Assembly (NCBI GenBank): GCA_965240325.2
Contig: OZ251222.1
Coordinates: 4,836,001 to 4,900,000 of the forward strand
Origin: Rebecca billardiae RCC1528
Lineage: Eukaryota; Protista; Haptophyta
DNA: 64,000 nucleotides
Direction: 5' to 3'
Both the position numbers and the translations under genes were made by a program. The notes beneath the pieces are model-generated. The model did no database searches, had not been told where the DNA came from, and was given only the letters and a program-made list of their open reading frames with translations. Positions 49,559 to 62,959 of the stretch are shown piece by piece. Position 1 is the first letter of the stretch, and each line of letters begins with the position of its first letter.

Positions 49559-51133
49559 ATGCACGCGCTCGCCGCGCGCGCGGGCGACGCGTACGCGCTC
49601 TGCAGCCGCGCGGCCGGCCTGCCGCCCGACGCGCGTGAGTGCCGCGGCCAGCTGGTGCACGTCTTCCTGCTGATGCTCTGCTGGTACTGCATCAGCATCG
49701 GGATCATCTTCTACAACAAGTGGCTGATGCGGCGCATCCATTTTGGCTTCCCGCTCGTCGTGACGACCATCTACATGGCCGTCAAGATCCCGCTCGGCTG
49801 GCTCGCCGTGCGGTGCACCGGCCGCGCCGGCCTCGCGACCGGCTGGCGGCTCGCGCTCACGCGCATCGTGCCGCTCGCGCTGCTCACGTCGGTGGACATC
49901 TCGCTGAGCATGTCGAGCTACCTGTTCGTCTCGACCACGCTGATCACCACCGTCAAGAGCTCGGCGCCGCTGTGGCAGCTGCTCTGGGGGCTGCTGCTGC
50001 GCACGGAGGTGCTCACGCCGCAGCTCGTGGGCGTGGTGGCGCTGGCGTCCGGCGGGCTGCTGCTCGCCACGTACTCGGGCGGCGTGAGCAAGAACCCGTT
50101 CCGCGCGGAGGGCCTCGCGCTGATCGTCAGCGCGACGTGCCTCGCCGGGCTGCGCGGCTGCCTCATGCAGCTCACCCTCCAGCCGCGCAGGCGTGAGCTG
50201 CTGCTCGAGCGGCAGCGCCGAGGCGCGTACGGCGCGCTCGCGTACGGCGCGCTCGGCGCGCTCGGCGGGCCCGGGCAGGGGGCGGACGAGGCGGGGCAGC
50301 GCGAGGGGACGCCGCTCCTGGCCGCGGAGGCGGGCGCGGAGGCGGGCGCGGACGGCGCGCTCGTGCACGACGCGCCCGCGCGTGCCGCGCCCGCCCTCCT
50401 CAAGCGCACCTCGCGCTCGCCGCCGCTCGGCCGACCGCCCGGCGACGGCGGGAGCGGCGGCGGCGCCGCCGCCGACGGCCCGCCGCCGACCCTCGCGCCG
50501 CTGCCGCCGCCGCCGCCGGGCGCCCGCGGCGACGCCGGCGCGCGCGGCGAGCAGAGCCCGCCCGCCTCCTCCGCCGCGCGCCCCGCGTCGCTCGCCTCCG
50601 AGCGCGAGTGCGGCCGCGTGGACGGCAGCGTGAGCGTGGACGGCAGCGTGGACGCGGTGCGGCTCACCTACCTGCTGGCGCCGTGGACGACCGCCTTCTC
50701 GGCCGCGCTGATGGCGGCCCTCGAGTGGCGCCGCTTCGCGGAGTCGGACTTTGTGGCGCACGCGCCGCCGCGGCAGCGGTACGAGACGCTGTGCATGCTG
50801 CTCGGCGCGGGCAGCCTGGTCTTCGTGCTCGTGCTCGTCGAGCTCAAGATCGTCGAGCTCACGTCCGCGCTCACGCTCAGCGTGGCGGGCGCGCTCAAGG
50901 AGTGCATCACGATCGGCGGCGCGCACTTTGTGCTGCACGACCGCCCGCTCTCGGCGCTCAACGTGGGCGGGCTCGCGTGCTCGCTCGTCGGCATCCACCT
51001 GTACCAGCGCTCGCGCCTGGCCGCGCCGCCGCCGCTGCCGCCCGCGGCGATGGAAGACAGCGCCGCGCTGAGCAGGCGGGGCACCAGCGGCAGCCGCAGG
51101 CGGCGCCGTGAGGCGGAGGCAGGTGACGACTGA
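49559..51133 (+). CDS. Nucleotide-sugar/triose-phosphate transporter family protein (SLC35C2-like)
   Basis: WYCISIGIIFYNKWL..FGFPLVVT, DISLSM.S, VKSSAPLW, TSALTLSVAGALKE; about 10 TM with a large Pro/Gly-rich central loop. Confidence 0.85.
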   Translation: MHALAARAGDAYALCSRAAGLPPDARECRGQLVHVFLLMLCWYCISIGIIFYNKWLMRRIHFGFPLVVTTIYMAVKIPLGWLAVRCTGRAGLATGWRLALTRIVPLALLTSVDISLSMSSYLFVSTTLITTVKSSAPLWQLLWGLLLRTEVLTPQLVGVVALASGGLLLATYSGGVSKNPFRAEGLALIVSATCLAGLRGCLMQLTLQPRRRELLLERQRRGAYGALAYGALGALGGPGQGADEAGQREGTPLLAAEAGAEAGADGALVHDAPARAAPALLKRTSRSPPLGRPPGDGGSGGGAAADGPPPTLAPLPPPPPGARGDAGARGEQSPPASSAARPASLASERECGRVDGSVSVDGSVDAVRLTYLLAPWTTAFSAALMAALEWRRFAESDFVAHAPPRQRYETLCMLLGAGSLVFVLVLVELKIVELTSALTLSVAGALKECITIGGAHFVLHDRPLSALNVGGLACSLVGIHLYQRSRLAAPPPLPPAAMEDSAALSRRGTSGSRRRRREAEAGDD

Positions 51134-51230
51134 CGCCGAGTATTAGTTACTCGCCGCCGCTGACTACAACACTTTATTAACGCAGCTCGCATACAGGCGG
51201 CGACTGCGGCGAGTTCGTTTGAATTGGATA

Positions 51231-51418
<188 letters not shown>

Positions 51419-51437
51419 CAATATGATCAGGGCTCCG

Positions 51438-54400
51438 CACCTCAAAGATGTGCGGGTGCCGTTTCTGGACGCTTCTAGCCTTGATCTCCTGAACATTTGT
51501 AGGGGAGATGAGTTTAGTCAGTCGACTGACTAAACTTTTTCTTCAATCAAGGCTCCTCACGACTAGGCGCCGTCTTGCACGAAATCCCTATCCTCTCGTC
51601 TGGCCACGGCCCTTGGTCTGGCGGTCTTGCATCAAATCCTGGACTCGCGAGGGCAAGGGGTGGGCCCTCTACCTACGGCCGCCAAACCGGTAATACGCGT
51701 TCTGAGCCCGGTCTGGTTGCGGGCGGCCCGGGGCCGCCGCGCCCCGGCTGCCGGGGCGGCGACTCGGGGAGGCGAGCGTTGGCGCGCGCCCGCCGTGGCC
51801 GCGGCGGCAGCGGGGTCGTTGGGCCATCCCAGGGGTATCTGAGCCTCTCGACAAGGGGCCGTGGCTGCGCCTCGCGTGGGCTGTACTGCACGCGGGCAGC
51901 CGACACGAATGCGATGCGCCATCCAAGCGCGAGCCCGAGAGCTTTCGCGACACGGGTGCTGCGCGAGCACGTCTGAAGGAGCGGGCAAGGTCTCGAGAGG
52001 AAGCAGGGAGACCACAGAAGTGCTAGCTCGCAACGACAGTCAGGGAGCGCGAGCCGCCCCGCTGCGCTGCCTGAGCCGGTCGCCCCACGGGCACGGCCAC
52101 GGGCCACGCGTGGCGGGCAAACGTGACTGCCGCGCGGCAAGGCTTGGTGAGTGTGTACATGCTTCAAGTGGCTGGTCGCTGGTAGAGCTGCTGCATCCCA
52201 ATCGCGAGCAGCCAGTAACAGCGACTCGGCCGCGCCGCCGCGGCCGTGCTCCGCAGTTCTGGTGCCCGCGCGGAACTGACGGTCACGGTTGCGCACCCGC
52301 GGGCGGCGAGACCAGTCAGTGGGCCGGCTCTGCCGCCGTCCCTGAGCGTGACCCGCAGTGGCGTCGCCGGGCTTGCAGGGGGGTCTAAGCCGGCCGCCCG
52401 CCCGAACCGGAGCCTGGCACGACCGTATCCGGCCCGCGCCGCCGCGCGCTGCCACAGTGGCCGGTGGCGGTGGCACGCGTCGGGCCCGCGCAGCCCGCGC
52501 GGCCCGCGCCGCCGCGCGGCCCGCGAGCGCGGGCCTCATCCGACGAATAAGACTGACGAGTATCACGAACGAATATGGCGCCAATGCGGGATAGTGCGAC
52601 TGGAGTGCTGAGCCGTGGCTGACTACGTCATGCCTACCAGCCGTACGTACATCCCCGCCCACTATTCGGATGGTAGCCCGCGGTCGGCGGCGGCGAGCCG
52701 CCGATGATTGTCCCGCCGGTCGCTGTGACATCCTTCCACTTACGCCAGGTGAAGCGCAGGCCGATGACCGACTGGAAGTCGGTGAACAGGACGAGCTGGT
52801 GCGGGCTCTCGGCGAGCGTCGTGGCGGGAGAGAAGATCTCGGCGTAGTTGTCCGACGCGTTGCCGTTCAGCGGAGCGATCGAGAAGAAGGGCCAGCCGGG
52901 GGCGAGCGGCAAGCTCGCGTGAGATGCGAGCTCGAGCTCGTACCGGCCGCGCAGCCAGCGGCCCAGGCGGTCCTCGGCGAAGAGGTCGATGACGGCAGCA
53001 TCGTACGCGGTGGCATCGACCTGGACCGATGCGCGCTCGGCTGCGTGCAAGCCTCGGCAGTGCGCGACGACGCGCGTGAGCAGCCGATCGAAGATCGCCG
53101 CCTGCTGCTGCTGGCGGACGCGAATGTGCATCGGCTCCCGCCACAGGAACTCACGGTACCGCGCGACGAGGTTGTGCACAGCCTCCGCCGGCGGGCGGTA
53201 CAGCTTCGCGCCGTGCTCGATGGCGACGATGGTGACGTGGCGATACACCTTACTGCTGGCGAGGCAGCCCGCGACACGGCGCTCGGACTCGACGCACGCC
53301 GCAACCAGATCGGCGTCCGCGGCGATGCCAATCTCATCGCGCCCTGCGCGGCGCGCGCGGGCACGCGCGCAGGACGCGCGTCAACACGGGCGGCGGGGGG
53401 GAGCGGGCACGGCGCGCGCGCAGCGGGATCCGATCGTACCGAGATCGAGCACGTGCTCGTCCGCCTCCCCGAGCAAGCACGGCCGCAGCGGGTAGCCGCG
53501 CTGCTGCCCGTCCTCCGCAGCCCCTGTCGTCGTCGGCAGCACGATGCCGCCGTCCGGCTGCTTCCAGGCCTTCAGGCCGACACCGAACTCGAATGGCATG
53601 CGGGCGGTCGGGAGCTGCGCGATGACCTCCTCGGGTGGCTCGGTCAGATTCATGTTCGCCACATGCAGCACGTTGCGCTTGGCCTTGAACGGCTGCGGCT
53701 CGGACTCGCCCTGCCTGGCATCACAGACGACGGGGCGGACGACGACACGCGGTGTTGGCGCGCCGCGGGTATGCGCGCGCAGGGAGGGATCGCGGGCGGG
53801 GCGGCGCACCTCGGGCGCTTGAACGCGGTCCATGCATTCACGAAGAAGTCCAGTGCGCCCCCGCGCGCGATGAACTCCGCAAGGTTCTTCCACACCATCA
53901 CCTTGCCATGCACCGTCTCGACCTCGATCTCCTCCTCCTTCCAGTTGCCGACGTGCTCGTAGACCTCCGCAGGGTGGTAGTCTGCGGTGCGCGTCTTGCC
54001 AGGCAAGTCCTCCACGAAGTAGAACCACTTTACCATGAGGGTCACTGACCCCGCGACGACTTCTTGACGACGCGGCGCACCTGCGCGAGCCCGGCGCGCT
54101 CCGAAGGCCTGCCGTTCTTCTGCAGCCACTGCACGACGACATGGTCTCCGATTCCGATATTGATGCCGCGCCAGATGACGCCGACATTCCGCAATCGTCC
54201 TCCCCGCGTGGCGGCGGTGACGAGCTCCGGCGCGGTGGCCGGCGGGAGCTCCCCGCTCCGTCCATGACTTCGACAAACCGCGAGGGGCCGTTCGACCGGC
54301 GCTCAGCCGGAACGGAGCGACTCAACCAGGCTCGGCGGTTGCTCAAAAACCTATTCATGCCCTCCACCGCCCCTGGTGCAGGCCGGGCGTTGATTGGCCG

Positions 54401-54473
54401 TCGGTTGCTAGTGCAGTTTTAAGAAAATCTCGTGGAACGTGGCCGGAAAAGGCACCCGCACATCTTTGAGGTG
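51438..54473. mobile_element. CAC..GTG TIR element (3,036 bp) carrying a spliced gene
   Basis: Perfect 23-bp TIR CACCTCAAAGATGTGCGGGTGCC (51438-51460 and 54451-54473) with imperfect extension; CG on both flanks. Confidence 0.85.
52634..54036 (-). CDS. Orphan 403-aa protein inside the TIR element; exons 54036-53810, 53714-53440, 53343-52634
   Basis: Two GT-AG introns (95 and 96 nt, phases 2 and 1) join three ORF-track fragments into one stop-free frame with globular composition and GC3 bias. Confidence 0.7.
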
Positions 54474-54631
54474 CGCCGCGCCCGGCTCAAAGTCAAGCGC
54501 GCTCGCCCTCGGCGAGCGGCCAGGGCCTGCCGGCGGCGCGGACGGACTACCGTCCTGCCGACTCTCCCGCCAGTCGGATCCAGTGGACCAGTGATGATAT
54601 CGACGATAGTCGTAGGCATATATATATATAT

Positions 54632-56766
<2,135 letters not shown>

Positions 56767-56770
56767 GTGA

Positions 56771-57826
56771 TACTGCAGTCATGTTGTAACCCGGCCACTG
56801 TGTCCTTCTGTAGGCCCTTCTGGGTGTGAGCAGGTTCGGCACCAACCCCCTCCTGAGCGTCTCGCCGCCCCGAGGCGGTAGCACCCCCCCCCCCGCACCG
56901 GAAGTCCGGGGGCGCCAGCCCCCGGGCCCGGACCCACAGCGGCCGGCCCGAGGCGAAGAAATTTTTTGGCCCTTTTTGGCGCGCTGTCCTACCGGAGCAG
57001 AACAGCATCGCCGAAGGCGCGCGCCCAAGACGATGGCGGCGCTGGATTCCGCCCCGCGGCCCCCGGCCGCCCGGCCAAGTCGTGCGTTGTGCGCGTACGT
57101 GCAACAGAGAGCGCTGGTGGGCTGGCAGCGCGCTGGCACGCCATGTGTCTTCGTGCTACGGTCCGTGCTCAATCCAACCGCGACGGCAGGCAGACGCGGT
57201 GGCGCGGCGTCCGCGCCGCTCCCGGCCGTTGCGGGCTTGGTCAGCCCAGAGCGCACCGGTTGCGCTCGCCACGCGGTGGCATGGCAGTGGCCGAGCTTGG
57301 GCCGGGCTGGGGCGTCTGCTTGGGTGGGCACTTTGCGAGCAGCGACGCGCCGACCACCCTAGGCAGGGTGCCGCTCATGAATACCGAGTCGGCGGCCGAG
57401 TCCCTGGCAGGGGCGACGATTGCGGTCGCCAGTCCGCGGACGGCACGGTGGGCCGCGCCGACACGAGGCAGGTGCGGTGGCCCCTGGGCAGGCGCATATC
57501 GTGAGGTGGTGGATACGTGATGAAGACTACTATGATATGAAGGTCACTCCCTGCGCCGCAGGCGCGCTCTCCAGAGTTCTGGTACCACTTGCTACACTGT
57601 GACAGCCACGGCCCGGGCCCGCGGCGCGCGCCTGCGCGAAGCACCCAACCATGGGCCTGCTGAAGTCGGGGTGCCTGCACCCCGCCCCCTGTGGCTGCAG
57701 CCTGCCAGCCTAGAGCTTGAGCAGGTTGCACCCCCCCCCCCTGCAGCCCATCAGCCCTTCGAGCAGGGTGCACCTACCCCCTACAGAAGGACATGGGGGG
57801 GGGGGGGCTTCAACATGACCGCAGTA
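56771..57826. mobile_element. Non-autonomous DNA transposon (1,056 bp), TACTG..CAGTA ends, 3-bp TSD TGA
   Basis: Imperfect ~45-bp TIRs TACTGCRGTCATGTTGWARCCC..TGTCCTTCTGTAGG; TGA at 56768-56770 and 57827-57829. Confidence 0.85.
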
Positions 57827-58002
57827 TGAGTCTCTGAGTCAGTAATTAATAACATATATATATGTCTAGCCACTCCGCCATGCCCGGCTCGTACAAGGCG
57901 TCGGGTACGAATGGACTCTGGAGCTGGATGGTCGCGGCGCGCGGCGTCGTGGAGTAGACAGACCACAATGATCAATCATGGAACGATCAGGTTAGCTATG
58001 TT

Positions 58003-58168
58003 GGGATTTGAGCAACGAACGACAGCGGGCGCTGGCAGCGGCGTGGCGGTTGAGCTGCTGCCCGAGGTCGAGAGGGCGCCCGCGAGGGATTTGAGCAACG
58101 AACGACAGCGGGCGCTGGCAGCGGCGTGGCGGTTGAGCTGCTGCCCGAGGTCGAGAGGGCGCCCGCGA
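58003..58168. repeat. 83-bp tandem duplication, in copy 1 of the dimer only
   Basis: gggatttgagcaacg..gcccgcga at 58003 and 58086. Confidence 0.9.
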
Positions 58169-58715
58169 GTCGTCAGTCACTGAGCAAGGTCGGCAGATTA
58201 AGGCTGATGGCTCGCTGACACTGCAGTGCTTCCATATCCGCCAGAGGCCGAGGGTGGGCGGGCGGGCAAACGATGAAGCGTGCGGGTTGACGCGACAGCG
58301 GCGAGAGCAAGAGACCATTGCATGAGGGGCGACGCGGCGAAGACAGATGATGACGTCGCGCCGCCGAACGATCAGGCGGGGAGCCGGGCCACACAGACAG
58401 CCAGCGACCTTACCGAGCAGAGGGGCTGCGGCGACTGCGGTGCACCTCCTGCAGCGGAGCGTGCACCCGGCAGTGCCCGATGCAGGCGATTCCCTTGCCC
58501 AGCTCGGCGCCTTCGTCGTGAGCAGCCCCATGGCGCCCCCGAGAGTGAAGCCTGATCGATCCGATGTGAGCGGTAACCAACCGAGTCCTGCAGGTGCGCC
58601 GCTGTGGGCCAGATTGGCAGCGCACCAGGACTCCGCCTGCGCGCGGCGGTGCGCACAGGACAACGCAGGAATGCCGTGCGAGCCGGATTCTTGGCGTCGC
58701 TCATAGACACTCAGT

Positions 58716-60650
58716 AGCCTGGTCCAAACGCACTGGAGCACTTTCGGGGATTTTATCGCCAAATGAACGCGGGCCCCTAGGCACGCGCTCACACCCGGAA
58801 ACAGCGTAACAAATGGGCCCAGCCCGGGCGCAGCAAAAGTTTCGGCCTAAAAATCGCATCCGCGGCCCGTCGTGAGCGTGCGCGCGCGCGCCGCGGACAA
58901 CTACGGACACATAGAGAATCGTGAGTCCGAATGTGGGTAAGTACTTAGCCGAAATGAGCCCAAACGCACGAACCTACTTATTGGCGTACGTCGAGGCGAG
59001 CATGAACCCTGGTACAGGCCATTAGGATGGGCTGTGGTCTGTGCGCAAGTGGCCGTACTCAACTACTGCAAGATCGACTATGTTACCCATTTATACCCGC
59101 ATATTATGGGCAATGTACCCGCATAAGTATGAGTTCTGGACCTGTATAATTAAAATGCCACTATGTCGTTACATATTCGCCATAGGTGGGTAGCTGTCCC
59201 AGGCTGCACGATTAGTGCGGCGCTCGGGGTGCAGTGGTCGGACGAGGCTCCGCCTGGCCTTCCGCGCACTCCTGCAGACAAGAAGAGGGCCGGACTCCCA
59301 CCCGGCCAGGCGTGCGGCAGTCGGTCAGGTGCTGGACCTGGTCTGGAGACCATCTCCTGCGTGGCAACTGGCCGATCTGCGGCACAACGCGCGCCGCCGT
59401 GAGCCACACGGCAGGTTCGCAATGGCCTCCGGATCGCGTGTCCATGGCGGCGTGCATCGAGTCATTCAAGCTGTCAAGTCGCGTGCCACGCCCGCCCTTT
59501 CACTTGGGGCATCAGTACTGCCTACAACGACGACATGTGCGTCCTTAGATGAGGCATAATCGCGATTCTAGCTGCCCGTCCAAGGGTCAGATCGCACGTC
59601 TTTGCTCGCCCGACAGCCTCAACGGCGGACTGATGTGATCCGCGGGTGACGATGCGACCGCTTCGAGTGCGCCTACGGCCACCACCGGGGTGGGGATCGT
59701 TCATGGGCACCCTCTGCGTGCCATGACATGCTCTGGCCGTGCGTGGTGACTTGGCCCACCGCGCGTAAACGGGAAAGACACCCGAGCACGTGCTTCCGAG
59801 CCACCCGAATGGCACAATGTGCCACCCATGGACACCAAACACGTGCCAGAGCACGAGCCTTGCGTGCTGGAGTAGCCGCACGACACCAAGGAAGACGTAT
59901 GCGCGCTCTCAACCATCTTCAAGCGACGACTCCGTCGACTCTGCCTCGCAGACCGCGGTACGATCTTCGACCTTGTGCTCGCAGCAAAGGCCATGACGGT
60001 AAAGCAGCACCCAGGCGATGGGAGTCAGCCGGCAGCCACTACACTGCGACTGTACACACCCAGCACCGCAAGGCGAGCCATCCTGCTCGCCACCAGCCCG
60101 TCATACAGCTCCACGAGGAGCACAAATCGACAGCCGCCGCTCAGGACGACCCATGCGCAAACGTGACGGGACTGGCCGGATGAAGCGTTGGCGATGCGCA
60201 GCGCGCCCAACGCTGGTGGTGGCATCGAGTACATGCTAGGGGTAGGCGGTGGCCCACACGAGCCGTCGCGTGGCCCGCATATTACCCGAGGTGGCCCGTC
60301 TCGAAGGCGCCGCGCAACCCAGCAGGTGAGCGTTCGACGCGCGCCGTCAGGCGAGAAGTCGACCTGGCGACGGACCGCGGGCGGCGGAAGCAACGCAGAC
60401 ATGTCGCTCAAGGTGTGCACGCACACCACCGGGGCACCCGAACGATGTGTCCAGCACTACACCTGACATGAGGCGGCGCAGTCGTCCAGTCGAGGCTCTC
60501 GAGCCCCTTCCCGACCTTCGTCGCGGCGAGCCGTCGGACGGCCGGTGGCGATTTTTGACGAGCGCGACGAGCGACGAGAAATCGGGAGAAATCAGGCGCC
60601 CAACATCCGAAAAGGCTTTTTTACTGGCGAAAATCGGGATGGACCAGGCT
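58716..60650. mobile_element. Nested non-autonomous DNA transposon (1,935 bp), 11-bp TIR, 9-bp TSD
   Basis: AGCCTGGTCCA / TGGACCAGGCT; ACACTCAGT at 58707-58715 and 60651-60659; the empty site is visible in copy 2 (61527-61535). Confidence 0.88.
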
Positions 60651-61999
60651 ACACTCAGTTATAGGTTCCCTATAACGCCACGTCTAGCCACTCCGCCATG
60701 CCAGGCTCGTACAAGGCGTCGGGTACGAATGGACTCTGGAGCTGGATGGTCGCGGCGCGCGGCGTCGTGGAGTAGACAGACCACAATGATCAATCATGGA
60801 ACGATCAGGTTAGCTATGTTGGGATTTGAGCAACGAACGACAGCGGGCGCTGGCAGCGGCGTGGCGGTTGAGCTGCTGCCCGAGGTCGAGAGGGCGCCCG
60901 CGAGTCCCGTTTATAAGTTGGAGCGGGCGTCCAAGTAGTCGTTGATGAATCCCGTTTAGAAATAGAAGAGACGAGGACTGCGCGGCCGCGCGCGCACGAT
61001 CGATCGCGACGCGCGGCGAGCAGACACGCGTCAGAGTGCGCCGCACCCGCGCGACGCACGGGCGCGAGGCGAGCGCGTATCTCAAACGATGAAGCGTGCG
61101 GGTTGACGCGACAGCGGCGAGAGCAAGAGACCATTGCATGAGGGGCGACGCGGCGAAGACAGATGATGACGTCGCGCCGCCGAACGATCAGGCGGGGAGC
61201 CGGGCCACACAGACAGCCAGCGACCTTACCGAGCAGAGGGGCTGCGGCGACTGCGGTGCACCTCCTGCAGCGGAGCGTGCACCCGGCAGTGCCCGATGCA
61301 GGCGATTCCCTTGCCCAGCTCGGCGCCTTCGTCGTGAGCAGCCCCATGGCGCCCCCGAGAGTGAAGCCTGATCGATCCGATGTGAGCGGTATTACCAACC
61401 GAGTCCCGTGCAGGTGCGCCGCTGTGGGCCAGATTGGCAGCGCACCAGGACTCCGCCTGCGCGCGGCGGTGCGCACAGGACAACGCAGGAATGCCGTGCG
61501 AGCCGGATTCTTGGCGTCGCTCATAGACACTCAGTTATAGGTTCCCTATAACGCCACATATATATATTTCGTCATTGATGCCGCGGGCCGCGGACGCTGA
61601 CGCACGCCGTGCCGACTGATGTGGCCATGTGGATGCACACTACGCGGTGCCAAAGCCTGCTGCTGCTGCGTGCGCCGTCGAGACTCGAGTCCGCCCCCCT
61701 CCGGCCCGAGGATACGAGATCATCGCAGCAGGCAGATGCTGAGACTGCTGATCAGCCAGACCGATGGGCAGGCTACAGATCGCACCTCCGTACTGTCGCC
61801 GGGCTGGCCGTCGTCCAACGAAGGCTTGATGGCGCTCGCGGGACGCCATCGTCACCACTGCAGCCGCTCGCGGCTTGATGCGCGCGCCAGCGGGGCGACC
61901 ACAGCTCGTCGCAGCGCGCGCGCGATGCCGCCGCCACAGCATCGCGCGCGCGCGGCCCTCTGCACTCGCGGAAGGTCGAAGCGCCGCGTGCGCGCGCGC

Positions 62000-62725
62000 T
62001 CAGGCGGCGGCGCGGTGCCCCTCGATCATCGCGTTGTACTTGGGCAGCGCGGCCTGGTCGATGACGCAGATGTGGTCCATGTCTCGGAAGAACTCCTCGT
62101 AGTCGAGGCAGTACCCCACGACGAAGTGGTTGGGGATCGAGAAGCCGAGGTAGTCGACGACAAAGTGCGACGGGTGGGGCACGCGCTTCTGCAGCAGCGA
62201 GCACACGCGGATGGAGGCGGGGGCGTACTGCCGGAGGTGCGGGATGGTGGCGGCCATCGTCTTGCCCGTGTCCACGATGTCCTCGACGAGCAGCACGTGC
62301 CGCCCCTTGATCACGTCGAAGTCCATCCCGGTCGCATGCACGCGCACCTCGCCGGTCGACTCTGTGCCCTTGTACGAGGAGACGCGGATGAAGTCGAAGG
62401 TGAAGGGGACGGTGGGCGTGCGCCGCGAGTAGCAGCGCTTGAGGTAGGTGAGCAGGTCCGAGAAGAACTGCGCGCCGCCCTTCAGGCAGCACAGCATGTG
62501 TATCATGCAGCCGCCGTAGTCGTTGAAGATGTCCTCGGCGAGCTTCTCCGCGCGCGACTGGATGAGGCCCGAGGGGATGAGCACGTTCTGGAGGTCGGAT
62601 GCGTAGTGCATCGGGATCGAGAACATCTCGAGCCCGTATGCCGGCACCTCCTCCACGTCGGCGATCCGGATGCACGGCCGAGGGCCGCTCGCCGGGAACT
62701 GCGGCTCGCTGCGTTCGAGCTCCAT
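62000..62725 (-). CDS. HPRT1: Hypoxanthine-guanine phosphoribosyltransferase
   Basis: LCCLKGGAQFFSDL, DFIRVSSY, VLLVEDIVDTGKT (PRPP loop), FVVGYCLDY; start could lie upstream near 62839. Confidence 0.95.
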   Translation of the reverse strand: MELERSEPQFPASGPRPCIRIADVEEVPAYGLEMFSIPMHYASDLQNVLIPSGLIQSRAEKLAEDIFNDYGGCMIHMLCCLKGGAQFFSDLLTYLKRCYSRRTPTVPFTFDFIRVSSYKGTESTGEVRVHATGMDFDVIKGRHVLLVEDIVDTGKTMAATIPHLRQYAPASIRVCSLLQKRVPHPSHFVVDYLGFSIPNHFVVGYCLDYEEFFRDMDHICVIDQAALPKYNAMIEGHRAAA

Positions 62726-62959
62726 GCCGATCAACGATGACAGGCTCGCCTTGCCGGGCACGGGACCGCTTCTTGCCTTCTTCCTGCTTCCCGCTTCATT
62801 TTTGCGGCCGGCCGTGAGAAGGTCCGGCCCGGGCGGCATCGTGCGCTGAACTGTCGGGCTCGCTTGGCCTGCCGCACTCAAGGGTGAGCTCGGTGGAAAA
62901 AGAGTCCGGGCCAGACGGCTGCGTGCCGCGTGCCAAGCCGGCTCATTACGAGCGCAGCA

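Larger units (their letters stand above)
57864..61557. mobile_element. Head-to-tail dimer of an ~875-bp hairpin-ended element in (TA)n; copy 1 interrupted by another transposon
   Basis: 57864-58715 plus 60660-60681 matches 60682-61557; terminal hairpin GTTATAGG-TTC-CCTATAAC; (TA)n on both outer flanks; no TIRs. Confidence 0.8.

Noticed and set aside
47186-50998. 1,270-aa ORF as a single gene
   Set aside because: A chance fusion of the transporter antisense frame, the intergenic region, DUF4336 exons and read-through introns
52634-54036. Fanzor/TnpB or DDE transposase identity for the cargo gene
   Set aside because: No RuvC triad context, CxxC zinc finger or DDE motif could be recognised by eye; a profile search is needed
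57864-61557. LTR retrotransposon or Ngaro/PAT split-direct-repeat (A1-internal-B1-A2-B2) interpretation
   Set aside because: The internal region has its own TIRs and a 9-bp TSD, with the empty site visible in copy 2, and there are no gag/RT/YR remnants; a nested insertion in a tandem dimer is simpler
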